64,000 nt of DNA from Candidatus Mediterraneibacter vanvlietii (GTDB lineage Bacteria > Bacillota > Clostridia > Lachnospirales > Lachnospiraceae): NCBI GenBank assembly GCA_019113645.1, contig DXGZ01000027.1, forward strand, positions 11,461 through 75,460, given 5' to 3'. The notes under the pieces are model-generated. The model did no database searches. It saw nothing but the letters and a program-made list of their open reading frames with translations, and was not told the origin of the DNA. The translations under genes were made by a program, and so were the position numbers. Of this stretch, positions 48,826-58,821 are shown one piece after another (positions within the stretch are counted from its first letter, which is position 1; each line of letters starts with the position of its first letter).

Positions 48826-49535
48826 CTGATTTTTCTACTGGAAACAAAATCAGAGAGTGGAGGTTTTCGACAGGCTGACGTTCAAAAACAGGAGACTGCA
48901 TCACCATGCTTCGCCCACTTACTTCAAAGCTTTGAATGGATGTAACGACGGAACCAGATGTTCGTGCAAAGGCACTCCATCTGTCCCCGCCTAACATCCA
49001 GAACAAAGGCTTTTCAGACGTTCCTGCTCAAATGCATGGTTCACGCAGTCTCCTGTTTTTGAACTGATTCATCCGATCGGAAAATAGCAGCCGCAGCTTT
49101 TGTTTCCGCTAAAAACAGAATTTGAGACAAGAGGAAGTGGTCGGAAGGAGATCAACGAAGATTTCAAAATCAATACCGGAACATTAAAAATGTCACCTTC
49201 GTCAGTTGCCTTCCGACCGCTTTTTCCCATTTGAAATCCTGCATTTTTCTGCCGGGAACTGTCTGCCTGGAACGACATCTGCCGACCGGATGAAGCCGGA
49301 AAAGAAGGAAATGTATAAGCCATACAATCTGGAGCAGGAGTGTATGAAAAGCCTTCGTTCCAGATGTTAAAAAGCGACAGATGAAGTGCCTTTGCACGCA
49401 CATCTGTCGCTTTTGTTACATCTGTTCGAAGCTTTGAAGGAACGGGCTCCGTATGGCGTTACATTTCCTTCTTTCCCGGCGCCTTCCGTTTAGCCGTTAT
49501 CGCTCCTGCTCGAATGTTCCCGATCAGAAAAATTC
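48826..49535. repeat. ~0.7-kb non-coding nested palindrome (third element; same architecture as 1511-2577 but different sequence)
   Basis: Hairpin H1 is at 48880-49064 and central hairpin H2 at 49139-49218. Hairpin H3 at 49298-49476 is the reverse complement of H1 by eye (tip cgtgcaaaggcac versus gtgcctttgcacg). The outer arms also pair (gatttttct / agaaaaat). Confidence 0.75.
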
Positions 49536-49540
49536 AAAAT

Positions 49541-51214
49541 TTATTTGTAATATACTACCGCTTCATAAGGTTTCATCTTCATCGCCCCTTCAGCAGTTAC
49601 CTCCGTCTCCGCATAGTTTCCGAGAATCTTCTCGAATCCTTCCAGTTCCGGAGCGTTCTTCCACTCATAATCCCTGCCGTAGAAGTTTGCCGCCACGATC
49701 ATCTCATGGCCTTCATAAGTTCTGCGGTAAGCGAATACGGACGGATTCTTCTGATCCAGCGGTTCGATATCGCCGTATGCGATCACATCCAGATCTTTTC
49801 TCATGGCGATCAGCTTCTGATAATAATGGAAGATGGAATCCTCATCTTTCAGCTGGTCCGCGGCATTTACTTTTGTGTGGTTTGAATTGACTGCGATCCA
49901 CGGTTCGGCAGCGCTGTCCTCAGCTGTGAATCCTGCGTATCTGGATGCATCCCACTGCATCGGCGTACGTCCATTGTCACGGGAGTGAACCTGGATGATG
50001 CGCAGCGCGTCAGACGGGGACATTCCCTTATCCTGAAGGATCTGATAATTGTTCAGGCTCTCCACATCACGGAACTGTGAGATATCGGTAAAGTCCGTGT
50101 TTGTCATACCGATCTCCTCGCCCTGGTACACATACGGTGTACCTCTCAGGCAGTGTACGATCGTTCCCAGCATTTTTGCAGATTCTTTCCAGTACTTTCC
50201 TTCATCGCCAAAACGTGACACGACTCTCGGCTGATCGTGGTTGCACCAGAACACTGCGTTCCATGCGTCGTGCTCCTCCATGTTTACCTGCCAGTCGAAC
50301 ATGATATCTTTTAATTTCTGGAAATCAGCCGGCACAAGCACCCATTTCTCATTACCCATGAAATCCACTTTCAGGTGATGGAAGCTGAATACCATAGTCA
50401 GCTCGCCCGTATCAGCGCCTGCGTACTGGAAGCAGTTCTCCATCGTTGTACTGGACATCTCGCCCACGGTCACGATCTGCGGATCCTGTCCGAAAGAATT
50501 TGCGTTAAGTCCTTTCAGATACTGATGGATCTTCGGACCGTCCGTATAGAATTTTCTTCCGTCGCCGTCCGGATCATCCTCGAATCCCGCCTTGCTGATC
50601 AGGTTGATTACATCGAAGCGGAATCCTTTTACACCCTTTTCCATCCAGAATTTCACGATATTCTGAACTTCTCTTCTGACATTCTCATTCTCCCAGTTCA
50701 GGTCAGCCTGTGTTACATCGAAGAGGTGAAGGTAATACTCGTCAAACTTCTCCACGTATTCCCAGGCGCTTCCGCCGAATTTGCTCACCCAGTTCGTCGG
50801 CGCGCTTCCGTCCGGTTTGCCTTTCCTGAAGTAGAAGAAATCTTTGTAGTACGGATCTCCCTGCATGGCTTTCTTAAACCATTCATGGTCGGTGGAAACA
50901 TGGTTGAATACCATGTCAAACATCAGTCCCATGCCGCGTTTATCGGCCTCGGCGATCAGTTCGTCCACATCCTCCATGGTTCCGTAGCGGGGGTCGATGT
51001 TATAGTAATCCGCCACATCATAACCGTTATCGTTCTGAGGAGATACGAAAAACGGAGTAAGCCAGATATAGTCAACGCCAAGTTCCTTAATATAGTCAAG
51101 TTTCTCAATTACGCCTCTTAAGTCTCCCAGTCCGTCTTTATTTGTATCACAGAAGGACTTCGGATAGATCTGATAAACCGTGCTCTTTCTGAAATCTTTA
51201 TTCATAGCTTTCAC
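49541..51214 (-). CDS. treC: alpha,alpha-phosphotrehalase (GH13 trehalose-6-phosphate hydrolase)
   Basis: 557 aa. VYQIYPKSF...GDL.G...KLDY...LTP...DNGYD and NHVS/GFRFD/EM.. GH13 motifs. It resembles B. subtilis TreA and lies downstream of the trehalose-type PTS gene. Confidence 0.85.
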   Translation of the reverse strand: MKAMNKDFRKSTVYQIYPKSFCDTNKDGLGDLRGVIEKLDYIKELGVDYIWLTPFFVSPQNDNGYDVADYYNIDPRYGTMEDVDELIAEADKRGMGLMFDMVFNHVSTDHEWFKKAMQGDPYYKDFFYFRKGKPDGSAPTNWVSKFGGSAWEYVEKFDEYYLHLFDVTQADLNWENENVRREVQNIVKFWMEKGVKGFRFDVINLISKAGFEDDPDGDGRKFYTDGPKIHQYLKGLNANSFGQDPQIVTVGEMSSTTMENCFQYAGADTGELTMVFSFHHLKVDFMGNEKWVLVPADFQKLKDIMFDWQVNMEEHDAWNAVFWCNHDQPRVVSRFGDEGKYWKESAKMLGTIVHCLRGTPYVYQGEEIGMTNTDFTDISQFRDVESLNNYQILQDKGMSPSDALRIIQVHSRDNGRTPMQWDASRYAGFTAEDSAAEPWIAVNSNHTKVNAADQLKDEDSIFHYYQKLIAMRKDLDVIAYGDIEPLDQKNPSVFAYRRTYEGHEMIVAANFYGRDYEWKNAPELEGFEKILGNYAETEVTAEGAMKMKPYEAVVYYK

Positions 51215-51294
51215 TCCTCCAGCTGCTTCATATTACTTTCAAACTATTTCTGTCTGCCGGCAGAAAGTTCCCGCTGCTGCCGGCAGATACTTTT

Positions 51295-53274
51295 TTACTG
51301 CCAGGATATTACGGTCGTCTCTCCTGCTTTCGCGTCGATTCCCGTATGCATTGTGATTCCGGATGCGTTTCCTTCACCTGTAACGATCAGCATTGTCGTA
51401 CACGGATGACCTGCCGCTTTGATCTTCTCCGGGTCAAACTCGATCAGTTTCTGGCCTTTCTTCACATGGTCGCCTTCTTTTACCAGAAGCTTAAATCCGT
51501 CGCCGTTCATATCTACCGTATCCACGCCGACATGGATCAGGAGTTCCAGACCGTTTGTAAGAGTAAGTCCGCATGCATGGCCTGTATCAGCCATTACCAC
51601 TGTTACATCCGCATCCGCAGGTGCTGTTACAACCGTATTTGACGGCTCGATTGCCACACCATCTCCCATGATTTTCTGAGAGAATACTTCATCCTGTACT
51701 TCCTCAATCGGAATCACCTTACCGTCAAGGATTGATTTCAATTCTTTTACATCTTCCGCCGGTGCCGCTTTTTCTGCTGCCGCATCCGCCTGTACTGCTG
51801 AATCAGATGTGGAATCTGCTGCTGCCGGAGCTGCTGTCTCTTTTCCAAAACGATCCTCTTTGGAAAGCTTGATTCTTCCTACGATAAATGTCAGTGTAAA
51901 CGGTACTACAATCGCAACTGCCATCGCAAGGAGGAAGATCAGGTAATACTGCGGTTTGATGGAAAGAATTCCCGGAAGTCCGCCGACGCCGATACTGAGC
52001 GCTTCCACTCCGAATCCTACGGAGATCATAGCCGCACAGCAGGAACCGATCATACCGCACACAAGCGGGAATACATATTTTAAGTTGACACCGAAGAGCG
52101 CCGGTTCAGTTACACCGAGGTAACATGAGATGCATGCCGGTACATTGACCTGCTGCGCGCGCTCATTCTTCTTCTGGAGAACAGACATAGCCAGTACGCT
52201 GGATCCCTGCGCGATATTTGACAGAGCAATCGTCGGCCACAGGATCGTGCTCTTTGACGGTGAAGCAAGGAGCTGTGAGTCGATTGCATTTGTCATGTGG
52301 TGCAGACCTGTCATAACGAGCGGTGCGTACAGGAGACCGAACACTGCCGCGAACAGGAATCTGACATTAGATGTAAGACCTGCGTAAACAACATTTCCGA
52401 TTGCATCACCGATTGCCCAGCCAATCGGACCTACGATTGTATGCGCGATAATCACTGCCGGAACGAGGGAGCAGAACGGCACAACGATCATGCTGATCAC
52501 TTCCGGGCAGATCTTCTTGAAGAACTTCTCAAGGTATACAAGAACAAAGCCTGCCATCATGGCTGCTATTACCTGTCCCTGATAACCGATCATCTCAACC
52601 TGCGCGAATCCGAAATCCCATACCGGAATCTCATCAGCAGGCGTTGAGGACACACTGAAACCATTAAGAAGCTGTGAAGATACCAGAGTCAGACCAAGGA
52701 TGATACCAAGGATCTGCGTGGTTCCCATCTTCTTCGTGATGGACCAGACAATACCTACCGGCAGCAAATGGAATACCGCTTCGCCGATCAGCCACAGGAA
52801 GTTGTATGTTCCTGCCCAGAACTGGGATATATCCGCCAGACTCTGTGTTCCGTTGTTGAAGAAATTAATTTCGCCGATTACATTTCTAAAACCGAGTACA
52901 AGACCGCCGCAGATGAGGGCCGGGATCAGCGGGGCGAAAATCTCACCCAGGGTTCCCATGATCTTCTGAAGCGGGTTCTGATTCGTCTTTGCCGCTGCTT
53001 TTACAGCATCTTTGCTCACACCTTCGATTCCAGCGTATGCTGTAAATTCATTATAGAATATGGAAACATCATTTCCGATGATAACCTGATACTGACCTGC
53101 CTGTGTAAATGTGCCTTTTACACTCGGCAGATCTTCGATCTCTTTTTCATTCGCTTTCTTTGGATCAACAAGAACAAAACGCATCCTTGTCATACAGTGG
53201 GAGACAGCCTGGATATTTTCCTTTCCCCCAACGAGTTCGAGCAGACGTTTTACGTCATTATCATACTTTCCCAT
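51295..53274 (-). CDS. treP: PTS trehalose-type transporter, EIIB-EIIC-EIIA fused
   Basis: EIIB is VSHCMTRMRF, followed by a polytopic EIIC. The C-terminal EIIA-Glc-type domain is GDGVAIEP...HVGVDTV. I chose the ATG at 53274. Confidence 0.85.
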   Translation of the reverse strand: MGKYDNDVKRLLELVGGKENIQAVSHCMTRMRFVLVDPKKANEKEIEDLPSVKGTFTQAGQYQVIIGNDVSIFYNEFTAYAGIEGVSKDAVKAAAKTNQNPLQKIMGTLGEIFAPLIPALICGGLVLGFRNVIGEINFFNNGTQSLADISQFWAGTYNFLWLIGEAVFHLLPVGIVWSITKKMGTTQILGIILGLTLVSSQLLNGFSVSSTPADEIPVWDFGFAQVEMIGYQGQVIAAMMAGFVLVYLEKFFKKICPEVISMIVVPFCSLVPAVIIAHTIVGPIGWAIGDAIGNVVYAGLTSNVRFLFAAVFGLLYAPLVMTGLHHMTNAIDSQLLASPSKSTILWPTIALSNIAQGSSVLAMSVLQKKNERAQQVNVPACISCYLGVTEPALFGVNLKYVFPLVCGMIGSCCAAMISVGFGVEALSIGVGGLPGILSIKPQYYLIFLLAMAVAIVVPFTLTFIVGRIKLSKEDRFGKETAAPAAADSTSDSAVQADAAAEKAAPAEDVKELKSILDGKVIPIEEVQDEVFSQKIMGDGVAIEPSNTVVTAPADADVTVVMADTGHACGLTLTNGLELLIHVGVDTVDMNGDGFKLLVKEGDHVKKGQKLIEFDPEKIKAAGHPCTTMLIVTGEGNASGITMHTGIDAKAGETTVISWQ

Positions 53275-53341
53275 CGCTTTACTTCCTTTCTTTTTACTCG
53301 GTCTAAAGTGTTCCCCCTGATTCAACACCTCAACCCTTCAA

Positions 53342-53387
53342 CTTGTTTGAACAACTTTACTATAGCACACTTGTTTAAACATGTCAA
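53342..53387 (-). promoter_or_regulatory. treP promoter with two overlapping TreR-type palindromic operators
   Basis: The minus strand reads TTGACA, a 17-nt spacer, then TATAGT. The palindrome cATGTTTAAACAAG fills the spacer (53370-83), and a second site TTGTTCAAACAAG lies just downstream of the -10 (53342-54). Confidence 0.6.
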
Positions 53388-53520
53388 TTCGCTTTTACAA
53401 AAAATTCAGATACCGGCATTTTAGACAATCCGACATAACTTTTTTTGTATAAATATCCTGAAACACTTTTTCTGGAGAATTTTATCTTGATTTCACGGCA
53501 TAAGATTTCTATAATTATAG

Positions 53521-53533
53521 ATGTTTAAACAAG
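53521..53533 (+). promoter_or_regulatory. third ATGTTTAAACAAG site immediately upstream of the treR RBS
   Basis: Same 13-mer as the operator in the treP promoter, in inverted orientation. Confidence 0.5.
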
Positions 53534-53554
53534 ACATCAAAGGAAGTGAACGGT

Positions 53555-54322
53555 ATGCCCAAAGCAAAATACGATTACATATACAGGGATTTAAAAGAAA
53601 AGATAGAGAACGAATATTATACTTATCAGGAAATGCTTCCGTCCGAGCATACGCTCATTCAGGAATATGACTGTTCCCGCAACACCGTCCGCCGCGCGAT
53701 TTCTGAGCTGACTTCCGAGGGATATGTCCAGCCAATGCACGGAAAAGGTGTGCGCAACATCTACCAGCCGGTCGAACAGACCGCATTTACTGTCGGGGGA
53801 ATCGAATCTTTCAAAGAATCAGCGATCAGAAACAGGCGCAAACCTTTTACGCAGATTCTTCAGTTCGCAGAACTGACAGCAGATGAGAAGATAGAGAAAA
53901 AAACCGGATTTAAAAAAGGAAGCGAACTGTACTATATTCAGCGGCTCCGCTCACTGAACGGGAAGCCGCTGATTCTGGACCACAACTATTTTCTCAGGGA
54001 ACTGACGCCGGGACTCACTCCGGAAATCGCAGCGCAGTCTGTATACGAATACCTGGAGGGAACTCTCGGGCTTACGATCTCCACCAGCAAGCGCACTCTG
54101 ACCGTGGAGCGCGTAACGCAGGTGGATGAAAAATATATTGACCTGAAGGATTATAACTGTATGGCGGTAATCACAAGCCAGACCTTTGATGACAATGGGA
54201 TTCAGTTTGAATACACGCAGTCCCGCCACCGCCCGGATTATTTCCTGTTCCAAGACGTTGCTACAAGACGCGATCCCCGGAAGACACTGACACTTTCTCA
54301 GTCCGCGCTTCAATATCAGTGA
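53555..54322 (+). CDS. treR: trehalose operon repressor (GntR/HutC family with UTRA domain)
   Basis: YIYRDLKEKIENEYYTYQEMLPSEHTLIQEYDCSRNTVRRAISELTSEGYV is a GntR HTH. It is divergent from the tre operon. I chose the ATG at 53555. Confidence 0.85.
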   Translation: MPKAKYDYIYRDLKEKIENEYYTYQEMLPSEHTLIQEYDCSRNTVRRAISELTSEGYVQPMHGKGVRNIYQPVEQTAFTVGGIESFKESAIRNRRKPFTQILQFAELTADEKIEKKTGFKKGSELYYIQRLRSLNGKPLILDHNYFLRELTPGLTPEIAAQSVYEYLEGTLGLTISTSKRTLTVERVTQVDEKYIDLKDYNCMAVITSQTFDDNGIQFEYTQSRHRPDYFLFQDVATRRDPRKTLTLSQSALQYQ

Positions 54323-56123
54323 TTCCCTTTCCCGCATTCGGATGAATGCGGGAATATGCCGCGTCCGCAACAAAAAGCGTCAGCAGCACAATGCACGCTG
54401 CCTTCACCTTCTTCTCATCGATCCGCTCAAGCAGGTTGTCTATCATAGGCGCTATGACATAGACGATCGCAAGACCGCCCACGCCGAAGACGAGCAGCCC
54501 TTCCGCGCAGATTCTTCCGTTCAGGTTCAGGAAATATCCGCTGTAATCCCACCATTTCATACCGCCGGTTGCAATCTCCATCACAAGTGATGTCATGTAT
54601 TCAAGAAATCCGCACACAACCACTGTCGCAAGGAATTCCAGTGCCGGGTTATGGCGCAGCCGGTTCAGGAGCGTCAGAATCAGGACAGAGCCCGATCCAT
54701 AAATCGGAAGCCATGGTCCGTACAGTGCGCCCCTGTTTACAAACTCTCCATAAGCCACAAGGTGCATTCCCACCTCCCAGAGCCATCCGAAGAACGAAAG
54801 ACTGAAAAATATGACGATCAAAGTCCAGATAGAGTAGTGCTGCATATAATTTAATGACTGCACCAGTTTCCGCCGGTCTTCTTCCGGGATCGGATAGAGC
54901 CGCACCGGATATGCTTCTCCCTGAACGTCATCGATCATCGCCTGTATGCGCACCAGTTCAGCCTGTTTCTTCTCGTATTTCTTATCTTCTTCCCTTCGCA
55001 TGAGAAGAACACCGAAGTTTCTCGCAATGAATCCTCTCCATCCTGCGAGCGTCTCCGTCTCTCCGGCAGGCATCTCCATCACCGCTATCACATCCGCGTA
55101 TTTTGCCGCGATTGTCCAGTCATCCGGCTTCTCATACAGCCAGTTATCATAGAGCAGTTCCGCTTCCGGCAGCTTCTTCTCAATCGCCTCTCTTCGCAGA
55201 TGTGCATAGTACTGCGTAAATGACGCCACCTTGTAAGGATTGGTATAGAAAATGTTAAATACTCCAAGCGTCAGCACTCCGAGTATCTCCCATCCGATAA
55301 ATGAAAGCTCAAACACAAAGCACTGCCACTTATGCCCCTTCATCATTTTCCTCGACAGCGTAATCGCCTGTCTCGCCGTCATATCCGGATTCTCCGCCGC
55401 AATATACGGCACCATGTAATAAGAATACCGTTTCACAAAAGCTCCCACCAGTGTCAGGGACCAGAGCAGATAATAGATATATTTGACAAACATGATCCAG
55501 GACGCTTTCATCCACTTCCGGATTCGCAGCAGAAACACAAAACGCTGAGGTGTCACTCTGTCATAGGTAAGTCCTTCCAGAAACACGCGCCGGATCACAA
55601 CTGGAAATGTATTCTGAACGAGAAACCAGAACGCGAACATCAGCAGTGCGCCGAGCACGATCAGCACCAGAACTCCCGCGTTATCTGAGCCTGTAATCGA
55701 ACCGATCGCCGCAGCAGCAGTCACAAGAATCGAACCTGAGCTCACCTCGTTCACCACACCGGAGAGCACTCCCCTGGTCCGTCCGAACATCGAATTTCCG
55801 TTCTCTGACCGGGCGATGGCATCCTCTTCAATCTGTTCCGCCATCTCGCGTCCGGCTTCCGTATCATCCTCTGCCATGATCCTGAGCACGTCATCCCAGC
55901 CAATACCTCCGACACTCGTCTTAACGGCTCCCTGTCCGTTCCCGCTGAAATCGCTCCTGATCTGTTCACTGACCCCCTCAGGATTCTGGGCAGATGAGAA
56001 TTCCAGCGAACCGCTGAACTCTGCTGACAGAAACGCCGCGATCAGACACGCTGCCACAAATATCACATAATGTCTCTTCAGTGAACTCCTCCCCTGATGT
56101 TTCATACGTTTTCTCAGATTCAT
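54261..56123 (-). CDS. polytopic membrane protein: DUF975-like N-terminal region fused to a CmpB/PF06541-like C-terminal region
   Basis: 620 aa. The N-terminus RSSLKRHYVIFVAACLIA... and mid-protein repeats resemble DUF975. The C-terminal WLWEVGMHLV...GEFVNRGALYGPWLPIYGSG resembles the putative ABC-transporter type IV (CmpB) family. Confidence 0.6.
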   Translation of the reverse strand: MNLRKRMKHQGRSSLKRHYVIFVAACLIAAFLSAEFSGSLEFSSAQNPEGVSEQIRSDFSGNGQGAVKTSVGGIGWDDVLRIMAEDDTEAGREMAEQIEEDAIARSENGNSMFGRTRGVLSGVVNEVSSGSILVTAAAAIGSITGSDNAGVLVLIVLGALLMFAFWFLVQNTFPVVIRRVFLEGLTYDRVTPQRFVFLLRIRKWMKASWIMFVKYIYYLLWSLTLVGAFVKRYSYYMVPYIAAENPDMTARQAITLSRKMMKGHKWQCFVFELSFIGWEILGVLTLGVFNIFYTNPYKVASFTQYYAHLRREAIEKKLPEAELLYDNWLYEKPDDWTIAAKYADVIAVMEMPAGETETLAGWRGFIARNFGVLLMRREEDKKYEKKQAELVRIQAMIDDVQGEAYPVRLYPIPEEDRRKLVQSLNYMQHYSIWTLIVIFFSLSFFGWLWEVGMHLVAYGEFVNRGALYGPWLPIYGSGSVLILTLLNRLRHNPALEFLATVVVCGFLEYMTSLVMEIATGGMKWWDYSGYFLNLNGRICAEGLLVFGVGGLAIVYVIAPMIDNLLERIDEKKVKAACIVLLTLFVADAAYSRIHPNAGKGITDIEARTEKVSVSSGDRVL

Positions 56124-56344
56124 AATTCAAGCCTTGCGGATGCCGCAGTCTGCACCGGCTCCGCATCCCCCTTTCTCTTTTGTACGCATACAGTAAGTAT
56201 AATTGTATGCTCCTTAAAAAACAAGAAAAAAAGCCTGCATGGCAAAATGCTGATCCGGGAAATGGTATTTGAAAATCCTTTTCTCCATATTCATATCATT
56301 CTGCCCTGCAGGCTGTTTTATTTTACTTTTTCTTTTGTTCTTCC

Positions 56345-58225
56345 CTACTGCTCTTCTACTGCAGTTTCTGTTTCTTCAATCCCGGCGGTTTCAGACTCTT
56401 CCGTCTCATCGTCATCTGAGAAGAGATACGGTGCCGGATCTACTGCTGCCCCATTGATCTCCAGCTGGAAATGCAGATGGTTGCCTGTGGAGTCTCCAGT
56501 CGTTCCGCTCAGACCGATCTGCTGGCCTTTCTCCACTTCATCTCCTACTTCCACATAGATCTCTTTGTGATGCATGTATTTCGTTATCATACCATCGCCA
56601 TGGTCGATCACAACCCAGTTGCCTGCCGAATCGCTCCAGCCTGCAACGATAACAGTTCCTGCTGCCGCCGCATAGGTCGGTATGTTCTCAGTTCCTGTTC
56701 CAAGGTCAATGCCCTTGTGGTAAGAATTCCTGAACTCTCTCCACCCAAACTCACTTGTCACCTGCGCTCCCGGACACGGGTCTGCAAAATCGCCCAGCAT
56801 CTCGCTGAATTCACCCAGTGTCATTTTGTCCAGACGGTACAGGTCATATGTTTCCATCTGCCGGATCAGACTTCTGGAATAATTAATATCCGTCGCCCAT
56901 CTGCTTCCGATGCGCATTGCAAATGTATTGGCATCTGTAACGCCCTCGATCAGATCGCTGTACACCTCTGTCAGAAGTTCCGCGCGGTCCTCAATCGCCT
57001 CCGTGTACGTATGGTAAACACGGAATCCTGCGTTAATCGTATACCGCTCGCCGGAAGCCGTCTGCTCGCCGGTCGCCATATTAACCGACCCTGCCGGCCC
57101 TGTGCCTTTCACTCCAAACAGATTGTTATACTGGTAAGCCAGATAGGAAAGCCCCTGCCCCTCGTCTCCGTATGGACCATACTCGCCGAATCCTGATTCC
57201 TGTATAATCTGAGCGATCGTCACCGATGCCGGATAACCATATACATCCTGAACTTTCAGCGCCCCGATAATCATCTCCGGTGTGATGAATGCCGGGATAT
57301 TCTCAAGCGGCATATCCGTGCTGTATTTAATCTTTTCCCCATCCTCAACAAACTTCTCTGACGGATTGTAGTCTCTCTCTTCATAATATGCGTCCGCGCT
57401 GTTGTCCCAGTAGAACTGAGGAACAACTGTCTCTTCCGCATCCGGTTCCACAGCCTGTGAATTCTGACCTGACTGCTCTGTCCCGCCCGGTGTAACAATC
57501 GTCACCGGTGCTGAATCGCCATTCCCCGGACCTTCAACAGCCCCGGCATTATCCGAATCGGAAACTGCGCCCGGATCTGTCGGTCCGACATCCGGCTGCT
57601 GTTCTTCGTCATCAGACGAATCCATATCCGGCTCATTTCCGGTTGAAATATCCTGGTCCTGATCTTCCTCATCCTCTGCCGGCGGTACTTCTGTATCAGA
57701 TCCATCCTCTGCCGGCGGCACTTCCGTATCAGATCCGTCTCCTGCAGATGTATCATCTTCTCCTTCTTCATCTGAAGGGGTATCAGCATCGTCCCCATTA
57801 TCCGGGGCTGTAGTTCCGTCATCCCCGGAAGGGAGCTCTGCATCCGGCGTATCCTCCGATGGAGTATCCTCTGCCGGCTGCTCTGCTGCCGATGAATCAC
57901 TTTCCCCGGCATCCACGTCCGGCACGTCTGTCACCGGCATCTCTGCCGGCGGCGTCTCCACCGGTGTCTGAACTTGAGAGCCTGCGTCTGTTCCTGTCTG
58001 CTCTGTTCCGGATACAGGCGCTTCCTGCTGTGCTCCCGCAGCTTCCTGCGACTCCTGTACCACTGTCACTTCAGGCAGTTCCTCCTGTGCTGCCGCTGCC
58101 TGTGCCGGATCTGTCACAACATCCAGAGCGGATACCGTATGTACGCTGGATATTGCCACGCCGCCTACCAGAGCTGCTGTAACATATGCTGTATATCTTC
58201 TTCTCCTCGCATCTCTCTTTTTCAT
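56345..58225 (-). CDS. secreted bifunctional peptidoglycan hydrolase (glucosaminidase/FlgJ-like domain plus M23 peptidase) with a long acidic linker
   Basis: Signal peptide followed by a ~250-aa D/E/P/T-rich region. The glucosaminidase domain is TIAQIIQESGFG...NNLFGVKG. The M23 domain is HKGIDLG...GDSTGNHLHFQL. Confidence 0.85.
   Translation of the reverse strand: MKKRDARRRRYTAYVTAALVGGVAISSVHTVSALDVVTDPAQAAAAQEELPEVTVVQESQEAAGAQQEAPVSGTEQTGTDAGSQVQTPVETPPAEMPVTDVPDVDAGESDSSAAEQPAEDTPSEDTPDAELPSGDDGTTAPDNGDDADTPSDEEGEDDTSAGDGSDTEVPPAEDGSDTEVPPAEDEEDQDQDISTGNEPDMDSSDDEEQQPDVGPTDPGAVSDSDNAGAVEGPGNGDSAPVTIVTPGGTEQSGQNSQAVEPDAEETVVPQFYWDNSADAYYEERDYNPSEKFVEDGEKIKYSTDMPLENIPAFITPEMIIGALKVQDVYGYPASVTIAQIIQESGFGEYGPYGDEGQGLSYLAYQYNNLFGVKGTGPAGSVNMATGEQTASGERYTINAGFRVYHTYTEAIEDRAELLTEVYSDLIEGVTDANTFAMRIGSRWATDINYSRSLIRQMETYDLYRLDKMTLGEFSEMLGDFADPCPGAQVTSEFGWREFRNSYHKGIDLGTGTENIPTYAAAAGTVIVAGWSDSAGNWVVIDHGDGMITKYMHHKEIYVEVGDEVEKGQQIGLSGTTGDSTGNHLHFQLEINGAAVDPAPYLFSDDDETEESETAGIEETETAVEEQ
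57672..57737 (-). repeat. in-frame 2 x 33-bp tandem repeat inside the hydrolase linker
   Basis: The units 57672-57704 and 57705-57737 differ at a few positions and encode GSDTEVPPAED twice. Confidence 0.8.
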
Positions 58226-58242
58226 TCACAAACCCTCTTTCC

Positions 58243-58821
58243 CTAATTATTTCTCCGGAAAGTAATCAGTACTTTCCCCATAATCTGTTCCGATGTTACC
58301 GGACCGTATTCCCTCGAATCGAGCGAATGATCTCTGTTGTCACCTAAAACAAAATATTCATTTTCCTGCAGTCTGACCGGATAGTCAACGCTGTCCTCCC
58401 TGTCAGTCCGCCCCTGCGTGTAATTCTCCTGCAGTTCTTTTCCATTTACAAACACGCTGCCCGTGCGTGTATCAATGTAAAGCGTTTCTTCCGGAACCGC
58501 GATGATCCGTTTAATCACTTCCTGCCCGTCTTCCGTTCTCACCAGCACTACATCGCCACACTCGAATTCATCGGCAGTCCTGGAGAAAATGACGAAATCA
58601 CCTTCCGCATAAGTCGGCTGCATGGAGTCACCTGCCACAACCGCAATTCCAAAGAACACATATACCAGAAGAAAGACCACCACAACCGCTGCAATAATAA
58701 TCAGGACACTTCTTTTCCATCCTTTGGAAGAAGCTCTTCCTTCCTCCAGACGATTCCGGATCGCCTGCTGTACAGGTCCCTGCACCGCCGCTTCCTGTGC
58801 TCTTTCATTCTTCTGTTCCAT
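58243..58821 (-). CDS. lepB: signal peptidase I
   Basis: GDSMQPTY (catalytic Ser), the KR region and GDNRDHSLDSR motif. Confidence 0.9.
   Translation of the reverse strand: MEQKNERAQEAAVQGPVQQAIRNRLEEGRASSKGWKRSVLIIIAAVVVVFLLVYVFFGIAVVAGDSMQPTYAEGDFVIFSRTADEFECGDVVLVRTEDGQEVIKRIIAVPEETLYIDTRTGSVFVNGKELQENYTQGRTDREDSVDYPVRLQENEYFVLGDNRDHSLDSREYGPVTSEQIMGKVLITFRRNN

Noticed and set aside
48788-49890. ORFs of 72-145 aa (48788-49006, 49069-49401, 49170-49403, 49453-49890) in and next to the third palindrome
   Set aside because: They have no RBS and an implausible composition. Two of them run into the antisense of treC. The region is better explained as non-coding inverted repeats.
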